A stretch of DNA of 52,866 nt from the NCBI GenBank assembly GCA_963741205.1, contig CAVUHW010000011.1:1-52866 (forward strand), given 5' to 3'. The DNA is from Nitrospirota bacterium (GTDB lineage: Bacteria; Nitrospirota; UBA9217). The notes beneath the pieces were generated by a model. It was not told the origin of the DNA. It saw only the letters and a list, made by a program, of their open reading frames with translations, and searched no databases. Of the stretch, positions 20,202 to 28,217 are shown in pieces (the first letter of the stretch is position 1; each line of letters begins with the position of its first letter). The translations under genes were made by a program, and so were the position numbers.

Positions 20202-20990
20202 GGGTTGTCTTTTCTGCCCTGTATCTCCGTAAGCGTTGCTACGATGGAGCCGATGGAAATCGTGCTCTGCATGAGCACCGGGATCTTCCGAGCGTCGTCC
20301 GTGAGCCAGATGGAAATCTCCCCCCGGTTCATGAATACGCCTTCGTATTTTGGATGTGTCCGTGATCTTGATGGTGTCGAATTCGCCCGCCGGCGTCGTG
20401 ATCCTCTCCCGGCCGAGCGTCTGGATTTCGACTGCCCAGGTCTTTCCGCTGTCATGCACGTCTACCACGATCGGCTTGCCGACGACGAAGTCCTTCCGCG
20501 TCCGGAGGTAGTAAAGAGACGACAGCGCGTCCTGCACACGCTCCGGCACGCTGTAGACCTGGCTCTCGCCGTTAACGGTGACACGGACCGTGCCTTTTTC
20601 GGGGTCGAACACCATGTCCCTCTCCTTTTTCCTTTTTCCTCGGCTTGACCGGAGGGAAAAGGATACACTGGAGAACTCCTCGGCATCTACGAGGCTTTGA
20701 ACCGTATCGCGGACCGGGTAGAATTTGTCAACCATGCCGACGGAATAGGTGTGGGACACGAGGTCATAGGCCGGCCTGTTGTCCCGGGTCTTTCCCTCCC
20801 TCACTTCCATCACGGCTATCCCGGCTTGCACGATTTTGGACCAGCTTATTTCATACGTCAGCTTCTCGCCCGGAGAAAATGAACGGTTGACGGTCTTGAT
20901 GTTGTTGTAAGCCGGGTTCTGAGAGGGCCCCGCCGAAACTGCACGGGTGATCAGGAACAAAACACAGAAAAGCGGTATCATTCGTTTCAT
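20198..20990 (-). CDS. Exported DUF3108-like protein, frameshifted near 20360
   Basis: Signal peptide; GEKLTYEISW, DALSSLYYLR, GRERITTPAGEFDT; IWLTDDARKIPV in a second frame. Confidence 0.75.
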
Positions 20991-21040
20991 AAGGTCTATT
21001 CCGGCCTGGAGACGAAGCGTTTCCGGCCTCAGGCTGGTAT

Positions 21041-21069
21041 ATAATATTGAAAAGTTGCTCTTTTGTAAA
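21041..21069 (-). promoter_or_regulatory. Putative sigma70 promoter for the DUF3108-rfaE-rfb operon
   Basis: Minus strand TTTACA-17 nt-TATTAT. Confidence 0.5.
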
Positions 21070-21120
21070 GACTTTTATTGCGGGGACGTCTTCGGGCAGC
21101 GAAGACGGGGAAGTGTTTTA

Positions 21121-21275
21121 TGGAGCAAGGCAACCATGTTGCCGTGCCTTTTGCCTTGCGCGAGGGCTGATAGTATATTATTATGCCGAAGTCGGGATGT
21201 GGAGATCTTTTTGGACCAAGGCAACCGTGTTGCCGTTCTTTTAGAACTACACGCCGACGCGGTCGGCTCGCTCCA
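21121..21275. repeat. Family A cluster: solo arm plus doublet (copy 6)
   Basis: Solo TGGAGCAAGGCAACCATGTTGCCGT (21121-21145); doublet arms at 21212-21236 and 21251-21275. Confidence 0.9.
21151..21179 (+). promoter_or_regulatory. Putative sigma70 promoter for the GT9 gene
   Basis: TTGCCT-17 nt-TATATT. Confidence 0.5.
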
Positions 21276-21278
21276 TAA

Positions 21279-22337
21279 ATGAAAAAAGACGGATCCAGAA
21301 AAAACATCCTCATCATCAAGCCCGGGGCCATCGGGGACCTGCTCCAGCTTACACCGGTCATCAGGGCGCTCGCTTCCGCCAATCCGGGTTCGCGCATCTC
21401 GCTTCTGGTCGGCACCCAAGCCACGGCGACGCTGTTCCAACACCATCCGCTCGTTGCGGAAACCATCCTGTTCGACAGACGCGGCGAACATCGGTCGTTC
21501 CTGCCGCTCCTTCGGCTCTGGCTCCGCATCAAACGGGGGAAATATTCGCTTGTGGTCCAGTTCCAGCGGAGCAACCTGAGAGCATGGTTCCTGGCCTCCG
21601 CGGCGCTTCCCTGCCGGGTGCTCGTGTACCACAAGACCCGGGACCGGACCGTCCACGTCGTCGATGACTATCTGGATACCCTGGCCCCCCTCGGGATATC
21701 CGGACAAGAGCGAGGCCTTGAACTTTTTGTGGGCAAGGCCGATGAGGAGTTTGCCGCGGATGTCTTCTCCCGGAGCGGATTAGAGGGGGGGACGGTCATC
21801 GCCCTGAACCCCGGCGCAAGTCACCCCGTGAACAGATGGGGGGCTGGCAGGTTCGCGGCGCTCGCCGATCTTCTTACGGAACGCATGTCCGCGAAAATCA
21901 TCCTTATCGGGGGAAGCGAAGACCGCGCCCTTGCGGATGAGATCGCCGCGGCGGCCGCATCGAGGCCGCAGGTCCTGTGCGGGAAAGCGACCCTGCTCCA
22001 GACCGCTGCGATCCTGAAGAAGTGCGATCTTCTCGTCAGCGGCGATACCGGTCCCCTGCATCTTGCCACCGCCGTCGGGACAAGGGTCCTGGCCCTCTTC
22101 GGGGCGGCGGATCCGGAGCGGACAGGACCCGTGGGACCAGGCCATCGGGTGATTCAGGCAAAGGGGGTAGCCTGTGTCCCCTGCCGGAGCCGCGTCTGCA
22201 AGAGCAGCCGCTATCTCGAATGCATGGAGAGCATTTCAGCGCGGGAAGTCGCCGATGCGGCCATCGAGCATGGTGGGAGAAAAACAAAAAAGGCAGGTAT
22301 GACCTGCGTCATGGATATTTTTAACGCGGTATGCTAG
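21279..22337 (+). CDS. Glycosyltransferase family 9 (LPS heptosyltransferase-like)
   Basis: ILIIKPGAIGD, LNPGAS, VSGDTGPLHLA, LFGAADPERTGP; extreme C-terminus may be frameshifted. Confidence 0.9.
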   Translation: MKKDGSRKNILIIKPGAIGDLLQLTPVIRALASANPGSRISLLVGTQATATLFQHHPLVAETILFDRRGEHRSFLPLLRLWLRIKRGKYSLVVQFQRSNLRAWFLASAALPCRVLVYHKTRDRTVHVVDDYLDTLAPLGISGQERGLELFVGKADEEFAADVFSRSGLEGGTVIALNPGASHPVNRWGAGRFAALADLLTERMSAKIILIGGSEDRALADEIAAAAASRPQVLCGKATLLQTAAILKKCDLLVSGDTGPLHLATAVGTRVLALFGAADPERTGPVGPGHRVIQAKGVACVPCRSRVCKSSRYLECMESISAREVADAAIEHGGRKTKKAGMTCVMDIFNAVC

Positions 22338-22407
22338 GGTATGATTGAAAACAAACGGAATTTACGTTATAGTTAATCTACATATCATCAGGAAGGGAGT
22401 GATTACG

Positions 22408-22590
22408 ATGGCAACACCGGTAGTTGACATGGATCTGTGCATCGGCTGCGGACTCTGCAGTGAACTCTGCCCCAAGGTCTTTGAACTGAGGGATGACAAG
22501 GCCTGGGTCACGAACCCAAACGCCTGTGACACCTGTGACTGTCAGCAGGCCGTTGACAGTTGTCCCGTCACGGCAATATCAATGCAGTAG
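22408..22590 (+). CDS. Monocluster ferredoxin
   Basis: CIGCGLCSELCP ... SCPVTAI; GGGAG RBS before ATG 22408. Confidence 0.9.
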   Translation: MATPVVDMDLCIGCGLCSELCPKVFELRDDKAWVTNPNACDTCDCQQAVDSCPVTAISMQ

Positions 22591-22603
22591 AGCAAAGCGG
22601 GTA

Positions 22604-22685
22604 TTTACCGCAGAGGTCGCAGAGGGCACGGGAGGCAAGACGATCTTTCTCATTTCTCTACGACCTCGGCGTCCTCTGCGGTAAA
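22604..22685. repeat. Intergenic inverted repeat, family C
   Basis: TTTACCGCAGAGGTCGCAGAG ... CTCTACGACCTCGGCGTCCTCTGCGGTAAA. Confidence 0.82.
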
Positions 22686-22731
22686 GAATTTCATTGTTTC
22701 AAGCCCGTCCTTCAAGCTTCAGACATTTTTC

Positions 22732-22759
22732 TTGACAAATCGAGTCGATTCTATAATAT
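22732..22759 (+). promoter_or_regulatory. Sigma70 promoter of tRNA-Leu
   Basis: TTGACA at 22732 followed by overlapping TATAAT/TAATAT (TAATAT at a 16-nt spacer). Confidence 0.65.
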
Positions 22760-22789
22760 TCAATACACAACGATTATATTCTCATCAGG

Positions 22790-22878
22790 GCCGCTGTGGC
22801 GGAATTGGCAGACGCAAGAGACTTAAAATCTCTCGACGGGCAACTGTCGTACCGGTTCAATTCCGGTCAGCGGCACCA
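22790..22878 (+). tRNA. tRNA-Leu (anticodon TAA)
   Basis: Acceptor GCCGCTG/CAGCGGC-A-CCA, anticodon arm AGAGA-CTTAAAA-TCTCT, long variable arm, T arm ACCGG-TTCAATT-CCGGT. Confidence 0.97.
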
Positions 22879-22883
22879 TAAAT

Positions 22884-22915
22884 AAAAAAGACCAGTTTTT
22901 CTGCTGGTCTTTTTT
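22884..22915. terminator. Bidirectional intrinsic terminator
   Basis: AAAAAAGACCAG-loop-CTGGTCTTTTTT between convergent tRNA and YkgJ-like gene. Confidence 0.85.
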
Positions 22916-22986
22916 GTTTGCTGACGAACGGGATCGAACCAAAGGTTCGTCGTTTTTTTATTCAAACTCACAAAGGGGTGTATTTT

Positions 22987-23415
22987 TTAGCAGCCCGACA
23001 CGTCCCTTTTTTTAGCAAGGATTTCCTCGATCTCTTCGGCGGAGTACAGCCTCCCTTTTCCAGCGCCAGGACACCAGGATGCGACTTCTTTTTCCCAAAC
23101 ATCGCTGTCCATGTTTTCAGGCCAGAAGGGCCACGTGCGGCATTGCCACGGCCGGGCTTCGTAGACGGCGCACCGATTGTCCTTGAGAAACGGACAGTCC
23201 TTGTCCCGGTATTTTAGCTGGTGCATGCCGTCTTCCAGGTCGACATACCGTGCCGTGAATTCCGCGGTCGAAATCCCGAAGTGCGCGGCCAGACGCCTCC
23301 GGTCGCGAAACGAGAGGTAAACGTAGCCGTAATCCCCCCGCGATACGCAGCACCTGCCCTCTCCCTGGCATTCGAAGCGTACGCCGTTCCGGTAAAATTG
23401 TTTTCCCTTGCTCAC
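22987..23415 (-). CDS. YkgJ/CxxCxxCC-family cysteine cluster protein
   Basis: FECQGEGRCC, CPFLKDNRCAVYEARPWQCRTWPFWPE, CPG; GTG start, since the longer ORF runs into a repeat. Confidence 0.85.
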   Translation of the reverse strand: MSKGKQFYRNGVRFECQGEGRCCVSRGDYGYVYLSFRDRRRLAAHFGISTAEFTARYVDLEDGMHQLKYRDKDCPFLKDNRCAVYEARPWQCRTWPFWPENMDSDVWEKEVASWCPGAGKGRLYSAEEIEEILAKKRDVSGC

Positions 23416-23431
23416 TTCGTCTTCTTCCCCT

Positions 23432-23636
23432 GTCATTCCCGCCCCTGCTATAATCATGACTGGGACAGGCTTTGAGCGGGAATCCATTTTTAAGGAAGTC
23501 GTGAAAATGTAGAACAACTAATGTTTTAGCATGTCCCTACCATCACTTTTAACGTCAAAATGGATCTCCCGATAGAGGCATTCACCCTGCATTCGCGCTA
23601 ACGCACTTATAAGCGCTGGGTGCAGGCGGGGCTGAA
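23432..23636. repeat. Composite palindromic element, family B, inverted relative to 15205-15315, with an extra hairpin insert
   Basis: GTCATTCCCGCCCCTG...GCGGGAATCCA (23432-23486); TGGATCTCCCGATAGAGGCATTC[ACCCTGCA...TGCAGG]CGGGG (23561-23631). Confidence 0.78.
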
Positions 23637-23673
23637 AGCTATTAACAAGTTCCTTTTCTCAACCCTAAACACC

Positions 23674-23961
23674 CTACGCCGGTTCAATCGTCGAAATCAG
23701 AGACGAGGAGCGGAGCTGGTCCCGGTGAAGCTCGGCCTGTTCGAAGGGTTCGACGACGCAGAGCGCCATGCCGTTATGGTGGGCCTCGAACATGATCCGC
23801 TCGCACTCGGACTGCTCGAACCGGAAGATGCGCAGAAGGGTCCTGACGACATGATCCATGGAGTTCGTGTCATCGTTATGCAATAGGACCCGGTACAGCG
23901 GGATGTGCGTTCGCGCCCTCTCCGGAACGGTTTCGGTCTTGACGGGAAGAACACGCTTCAT
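23674..23961 (-). CDS. clpS: ATP-dependent Clp protease adaptor ClpS
   Basis: YRVLLHNDDTNSMDHVV, MFEAHHNG, EQAE, TIEPA. Confidence 0.9.
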   Translation of the reverse strand: MKRVLPVKTETVPERARTHIPLYRVLLHNDDTNSMDHVVRTLLRIFRFEQSECERIMFEAHHNGMALCVVEPFEQAELHRDQLRSSSLISTIEPA

Positions 23962-24683
23962 GAACGAATCTTCGCGGAGTACTTTGAAAACATCTCGCGA
24001 AGCTCATCGTCGTACAGCGCGCCGTCAAGTTTCGCCCGGGTCAGGTCCGTTCTCTTGATACGCGCACCGCGCAGGTCCGCATTCGACAGATCCGCGGCCG
24101 TTAATACGGCTTCGAGGATATCGGCGCCCGCGAGATTGGCCGCGTTCAGGTTCGTGGTGCTCAGGTCGGTGCCGTGAAGCTTCGCCTCCCGCAGGTCGCT
24201 GCCGGAAAGGTCCGCGCCGATCATGCTCGCTCCCCGCGCGCTGATCTTCGGCATTGCGGCGCCGCGGCAGCGGATCATGACCGCGTCGCACATCTGGAGG
24301 TTCGCGGCAGTCAGGTCCGCCTTCTCGAACTTCGCCGAGGCTATCTTCGAGTTGGTGAAGTTCACCTCTTTCAGCTTTGCCTCCGAGAAGTCGGCGGCCG
24401 TGAACGTGGAGAAGGTAAGGTTCGCTGTTTCCAGGTTCGCCCTTCTGAAGGAAGCTCCGGTGAAGTTCGAGCTGCTCAGATCGCACCCCGCAAGGTCGCA
24501 GTTATCGAAGCTCGACCCGCTCAGGTTGGCGCTGCTCAGATCGGCGCCCCGGAGGTTCGAGCCGTCGAACCTGATGCCGATGAGTTCCATGCCCCTCAAG
24601 TTTATTCCCGAAAGGTCGCAGTTCGAAGCGTCCCCGGTTGACGAGGCGACGGCCGCGAGGTCTTTTTTTGTGCATTTCTCCAT
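23958..24683 (-). CDS. Pentapeptide repeat protein
   Basis: Continuous A(D/N)LxX repeats (ADLSS ANLSG ... ADLRG) over most of the length. Confidence 0.92.
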   Translation of the reverse strand: MEKCTKKDLAAVASSTGDASNCDLSGINLRGMELIGIRFDGSNLRGADLSSANLSGSSFDNCDLAGCDLSSSNFTGASFRRANLETANLTFSTFTAADFSEAKLKEVNFTNSKIASAKFEKADLTAANLQMCDAVMIRCRGAAMPKISARGASMIGADLSGSDLREAKLHGTDLSTTNLNAANLAGADILEAVLTAADLSNADLRGARIKRTDLTRAKLDGALYDDELREMFSKYSAKIRS

Positions 24684-24935
24684 CGCCGGCAGTTCCTTTG
24701 TTTTTTGCGGTTTCTGTCTGGTGCGGAGGCGAACTTATTCGGCCTATTTCAGGAGGGTGGAAAATAGGGCGTGATCTTATCGAGCATTTTATCCGCCGCC
24801 GGAGGTACCCTCTTCGCGATCGCGTCCGGGCTCACGCGGATCGGGCGGCGAGCCTGAAGCGGACTTCAAAAGGGCAGATCGCGCACAGTGGTTTGAATCC
24901 CCCTCCCTTCGCAAGAGGGGGATTCGTATCGTTCG

Positions 24936-25934
24936 TTAGGCTTGTCCGGCCGAGCCGAGCACTTCCTTGTTCTTGTGGACGATCATCTTGATCAACTCGT
25001 CGCGCGCCGGGCCGAGATATTTCCTCGGGTCGAACTCCGCGGGCTTCTCCGTCAGGGTCTTGCGGATCATCGCCGTCATGGCGAGGCGGCCGTCACTGTC
25101 GATATTGATCTTGCAGACCGCGCTCCGGGCGGCTTTGCGGAGCTGCTCTTCGGGGATGCCGACGGCGTCCTTCAGGGCGCCGCCGTTTTTATTGATCATT
25201 TCGACGTAGGCAGGTATGACCGACGATGCCCCGTGCAGCACGATCGGGAAGCCGGGGATCCGCTTCTCGATCTCGTCAAGGATGTCGAACCTGAGCGCCG
25301 GCGGGACCAGGACGCCGCGGCTGTCGCGCGTGCACTGTTCGGGCTTGAACTTCATGGCGCCGTGCGAGGTGCCGATCGAGATGGCCAAAGAATCGACGTT
25401 CGTCTTTTTGACGAAGTCCTCGACCTGCTCCGGTTTGGTGTAGGTTGACGTCTCCGCCGACACCTCGTCCTCGATCCCTGCCAGGACTCCCAGTTCCCCT
25501 TCCACGACCACGCCGTTCGCGTGGGCGTATTCGACAACCTGTTTGGTCAGCTTGATATTGTCCTCATAGGAGTGATGCGAGCCGTCGATCATGACCGACG
25601 AGAAACCCGTGTCGACGCAGGACTTGCACAGCTCGAAGGTGTCGCCGTGGTCAAGGTGGAGCGAGAACTTGACCGGCGATCCGGCGTCGTTGATCATGGC
25701 GACGGCGCCCATGGCCAAAAACCGCAGCAGGGTCTGGTTCGCGTATTTGCGCGCTCCGCTCGATACCTGCAGGATGAACGGGGACCGGGACTCCACGCAT
25801 CCCAGAACGATAGCCTGCAGCTGCTCCATGTTGTTGAAATTGTACGCGGGAATGGCGTACTTGCCCTTCATGGCCTTCTCGAACATATCCTTTGTCGTGA
25901 CGAGACCGATGTCCTTGTATGATACCTTTTCCAT
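24936..25934 (-). CDS. fba: Class II fructose-1,6-bisphosphate aldolase
   Basis: HLDHG, SSVMIDGS, VEGELG, SIGTSHGA, VLHGASS, KINIDSD, FDPRKYLGP. Confidence 0.95.
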   Translation of the reverse strand: MEKVSYKDIGLVTTKDMFEKAMKGKYAIPAYNFNNMEQLQAIVLGCVESRSPFILQVSSGARKYANQTLLRFLAMGAVAMINDAGSPVKFSLHLDHGDTFELCKSCVDTGFSSVMIDGSHHSYEDNIKLTKQVVEYAHANGVVVEGELGVLAGIEDEVSAETSTYTKPEQVEDFVKKTNVDSLAISIGTSHGAMKFKPEQCTRDSRGVLVPPALRFDILDEIEKRIPGFPIVLHGASSVIPAYVEMINKNGGALKDAVGIPEEQLRKAARSAVCKINIDSDGRLAMTAMIRKTLTEKPAEFDPRKYLGPARDELIKMIVHKNKEVLGSAGQA

Positions 25935-26083
25935 GTCGATGCCCTCCTGAAAAAAAATTCCCCGTTGAAGAAAAAGCCTCGGTGCGCTGCCGATGCTGCT
26001 GTGTCCTGACGGCCGCGCGAACGAGCGGCCGCTGCAGACAGGCGTCCGCGGCTTATCCTGACGGAGTTGTTGGGTAAACGGCG

Positions 26084-26423
26084 CTATTTTAGCATGAGTT
26101 TTGTGTAAACTGCAAGCGTCTTACGATCGAGCGCCCGTAGGCTGTCTGGGTGCCTTGGGAAAAGCACCGGTGTCCTCCTTGCGTCATTCGCCGGGGCCGC
26201 GGATGAGACGGGCCGGGTCGGCGAAAAAGGCTTAATGAGCGTCCATTGATCGGTTTCGATATCGAGCATATACACGACGCCCTGCCGGGTATCCAGGATG
26301 CCGATACTGCCCTCGTACTCCGTGATTGCCTCGTAACGGCCTTGCTGCGAAGTCGAGTAATACACGGAACAGAAACAGCAGAATCGCGGCGAGCAGGCCT
26401 ACTTTAAAGATTTTATCTATCAT
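26084..26423 (-). CDS. Small membrane-anchored hypothetical protein, frameshifted near 26365
   Basis: MIDKIFKVGLLAAILLFLF then YYSTSQQGRY..ILDTRQGVVY in the next frame; RBS AAGGGAG; C-terminal extent uncertain. Confidence 0.55.
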
Positions 26424-26463
26424 GATAACTCCCTTCGGTACCGGCAACGGCGCCCCTTCAAGG

Positions 26464-27273
26464 TCATCGCAGCACCAGTGAAATCGCGCCGACACCGCAG
26501 GACTCGCGGCACAACCCGCAGCCGAAACACCGGAGCGGGTCGATCCTGGCGAGGGCCTGACCACTCTCCCTGACGCTGTCGATAGCCTTAAAATGGCAGC
26601 GTGCGTCGCAGTTCCCGCACCCGGTGCAGAGCGATTCATCGACCCGCGCCGCATACTCGGCCCTCTCCATGGTCGCGACTGCGGTGCGGGACAGCGTCCT
26701 CATGGCCAAACAGTCTTCTGGGGAGCAGTTGCAGATCGCGCCGATGAACGGCGTCATCATGGTCCAGATGGTATGGATCGATCCGTCTTTTTCCATGCCC
26801 TTCATCTGCGTTATGGCCTGGTCCGGGGTAAGCGATTCAAGTCCTTCGTCCTGCGCTTTGCCGAAATACCCCATGTCAATTTCCTTATACCACGCTTCAG
26901 GGCCGTAGCTGACCGCGTAACAGCACCGGTCCTCTTTTTTCCCGAGGTTCCAGCGACAGGCGCAGGGCATGCGCACGACGGTGCGGGCACGGCGCACCAC
27001 TTCGCTGATCTCTTCAAGGGGCAGTACCTGGCCGAAATGTTCGGTCCTTGCCTTGGCGGCCATGGCGGCCTTCACGGTTTCCGGCAGTTTGCCCTTCTTC
27101 CTGATGATGGTTTCGAGCCGCCCCAGAGTCCGGAACCCCTCACTGAACGCGGAGGTCAGAAAGTTTTCGATATAGCGACGACGGTCGAGATCGGACAGGA
27201 GATCCTCGGCGTAATTTGCGGCATTCTTGTACCAGATTACACCTTCGCCGTGTTTTGTACAAAAGTCACACAT
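26464..27273 (-). CDS. 4Fe-4S dicluster-domain protein with Cys-rich N-terminal region
   Basis: MCDFCTKHG, CACR, RCC, ICNCSPEDC, CTGCGNCDARC and CFGCGLCRESC. Confidence 0.88.
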   Translation of the reverse strand: MCDFCTKHGEGVIWYKNAANYAEDLLSDLDRRRYIENFLTSAFSEGFRTLGRLETIIRKKGKLPETVKAAMAAKARTEHFGQVLPLEEISEVVRRARTVVRMPCACRWNLGKKEDRCCYAVSYGPEAWYKEIDMGYFGKAQDEGLESLTPDQAITQMKGMEKDGSIHTIWTMMTPFIGAICNCSPEDCLAMRTLSRTAVATMERAEYAARVDESLCTGCGNCDARCHFKAIDSVRESGQALARIDPLRCFGCGLCRESCGVGAISLVLR

Positions 27274-27556
27274 CGTAGTATTGAGGGAGTTCGTCCTTCC
27301 CCGTCCGGAGGCTGGAGAAAATTACTGGGGCGCCAAGGTGCTTCTCTACACCGAGGGTTTTCGGCTGCTTGCTTGCGACATGGTCCGGCGTCCGGCCATG
27401 ATTCCGTCCCGGGTATACATAACAATAATACAGTTCCCTTTAAAATGCAAGTTTTTGAGCGATGTGTATTTTGGGCGAGACGCGATAAAGCATGATTTTC
27501 CGTTAGCAATCGCGATGAGCGGAATCTCCAGCCGAGGTCTTATACGGACGAAGCAT

Positions 27557-27588
27557 AAAAAACCCGGGAGGTTGAGTCCTCCCGGGTT
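27557..27588 (-). terminator. Intrinsic terminator of the Cys-rich protein gene
   Basis: AACCCGGGAGG/CCTCCCGGGTT stem followed by a T tract on the minus strand. Confidence 0.8.
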
Positions 27589-27613
27589 GCTTGGTGGCCC
27601 GTCGAGATCGCGC

Positions 27614-27991
27614 TTATATGACCTTCTTCATTTCCTTGCCGCATGTACACTTGCCGGCGGCCTGGCTGATCGTGTTGCACTTACATTCCGGTCCGCAGGC
27701 GCACATATACTTGCCGGTTGTGGCAAAAGTCCGCTCAGCTCCCCATCCCGCTGCCGTGAGCGTCGCTTTGCCTCCTTCAATCTTCGTCACCTTTGCTTTG
27801 ACCATGGGTTTGCCGCAGGTGCAGTTGCCCGCATTCGTGGACATGGTGTTACAGGGACATTTTTCGCCGCAGTTGCAGGCAAACACCTCATCCCCCACCT
27901 TCAGGTCCATCTTGCTCTTATCGAGAGCAAAGGCCAGGGACACCGCCACCAACGCGACAACGACCATCAACAGCACAGCACTCTTTTTCAT
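27614..27991 (-). CDS. Exported small protein with two 6-Cys repeats (putative metal-binding)
   Basis: Signal peptide ending AFA; two copies of CxCGxxCxCNTxSxxAGxCTCGKxM; AGGAGG RBS. Confidence 0.85.
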   Translation of the reverse strand: MKKSAVLLMVVVALVAVSLAFALDKSKMDLKVGDEVFACNCGEKCPCNTMSTNAGNCTCGKPMVKAKVTKIEGGKATLTAAGWGAERTFATTGKYMCACGPECKCNTISQAAGKCTCGKEMKKVI

Positions 27992-28048
27992 TCCTTCCTC
28001 CTTGTAAAATAGAGTAATTCAGGCATTGCCTGTAATCCGCATGCGACA

Positions 28049-28063
28049 GCAAGCAGCGCGCCA
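28049..28063 (-). promoter_or_regulatory. Putative sigma54 -24/-12 promoter
   Basis: Minus strand TGGCGC-GCTGC-TTGC versus consensus TGGCAC-N5-TTGC, ~58 nt upstream of ATG 27991. Confidence 0.65.
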
Positions 28064-28217
28064 GGTCCGCCTTCCCTCTGCGCCGGAGCAACTAGAAATT
28101 TACTATAGCAGATGAAGTTAATATTGTAAAGAGAGAACATCTAAAATTATGACTTTAGTGGGGACCTGCAGGGTCATTAACTTACGAACGTTGTAATAGG
28201 GGCGTCAGGAAGAAGGC

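Noticed and set aside
22790-22990. Genomic island integrated at tRNA-Leu
   Set aside because: No integrase, no duplicated tRNA 3' end seen, and downstream genes look native.
24896-24926. 11-bp stem hairpin after fba as an intrinsic terminator
   Set aside because: Stem GAATCCCCCTC/GAGGGGGATTC is real but lacks a T tract on the fba strand, so no function was assigned.
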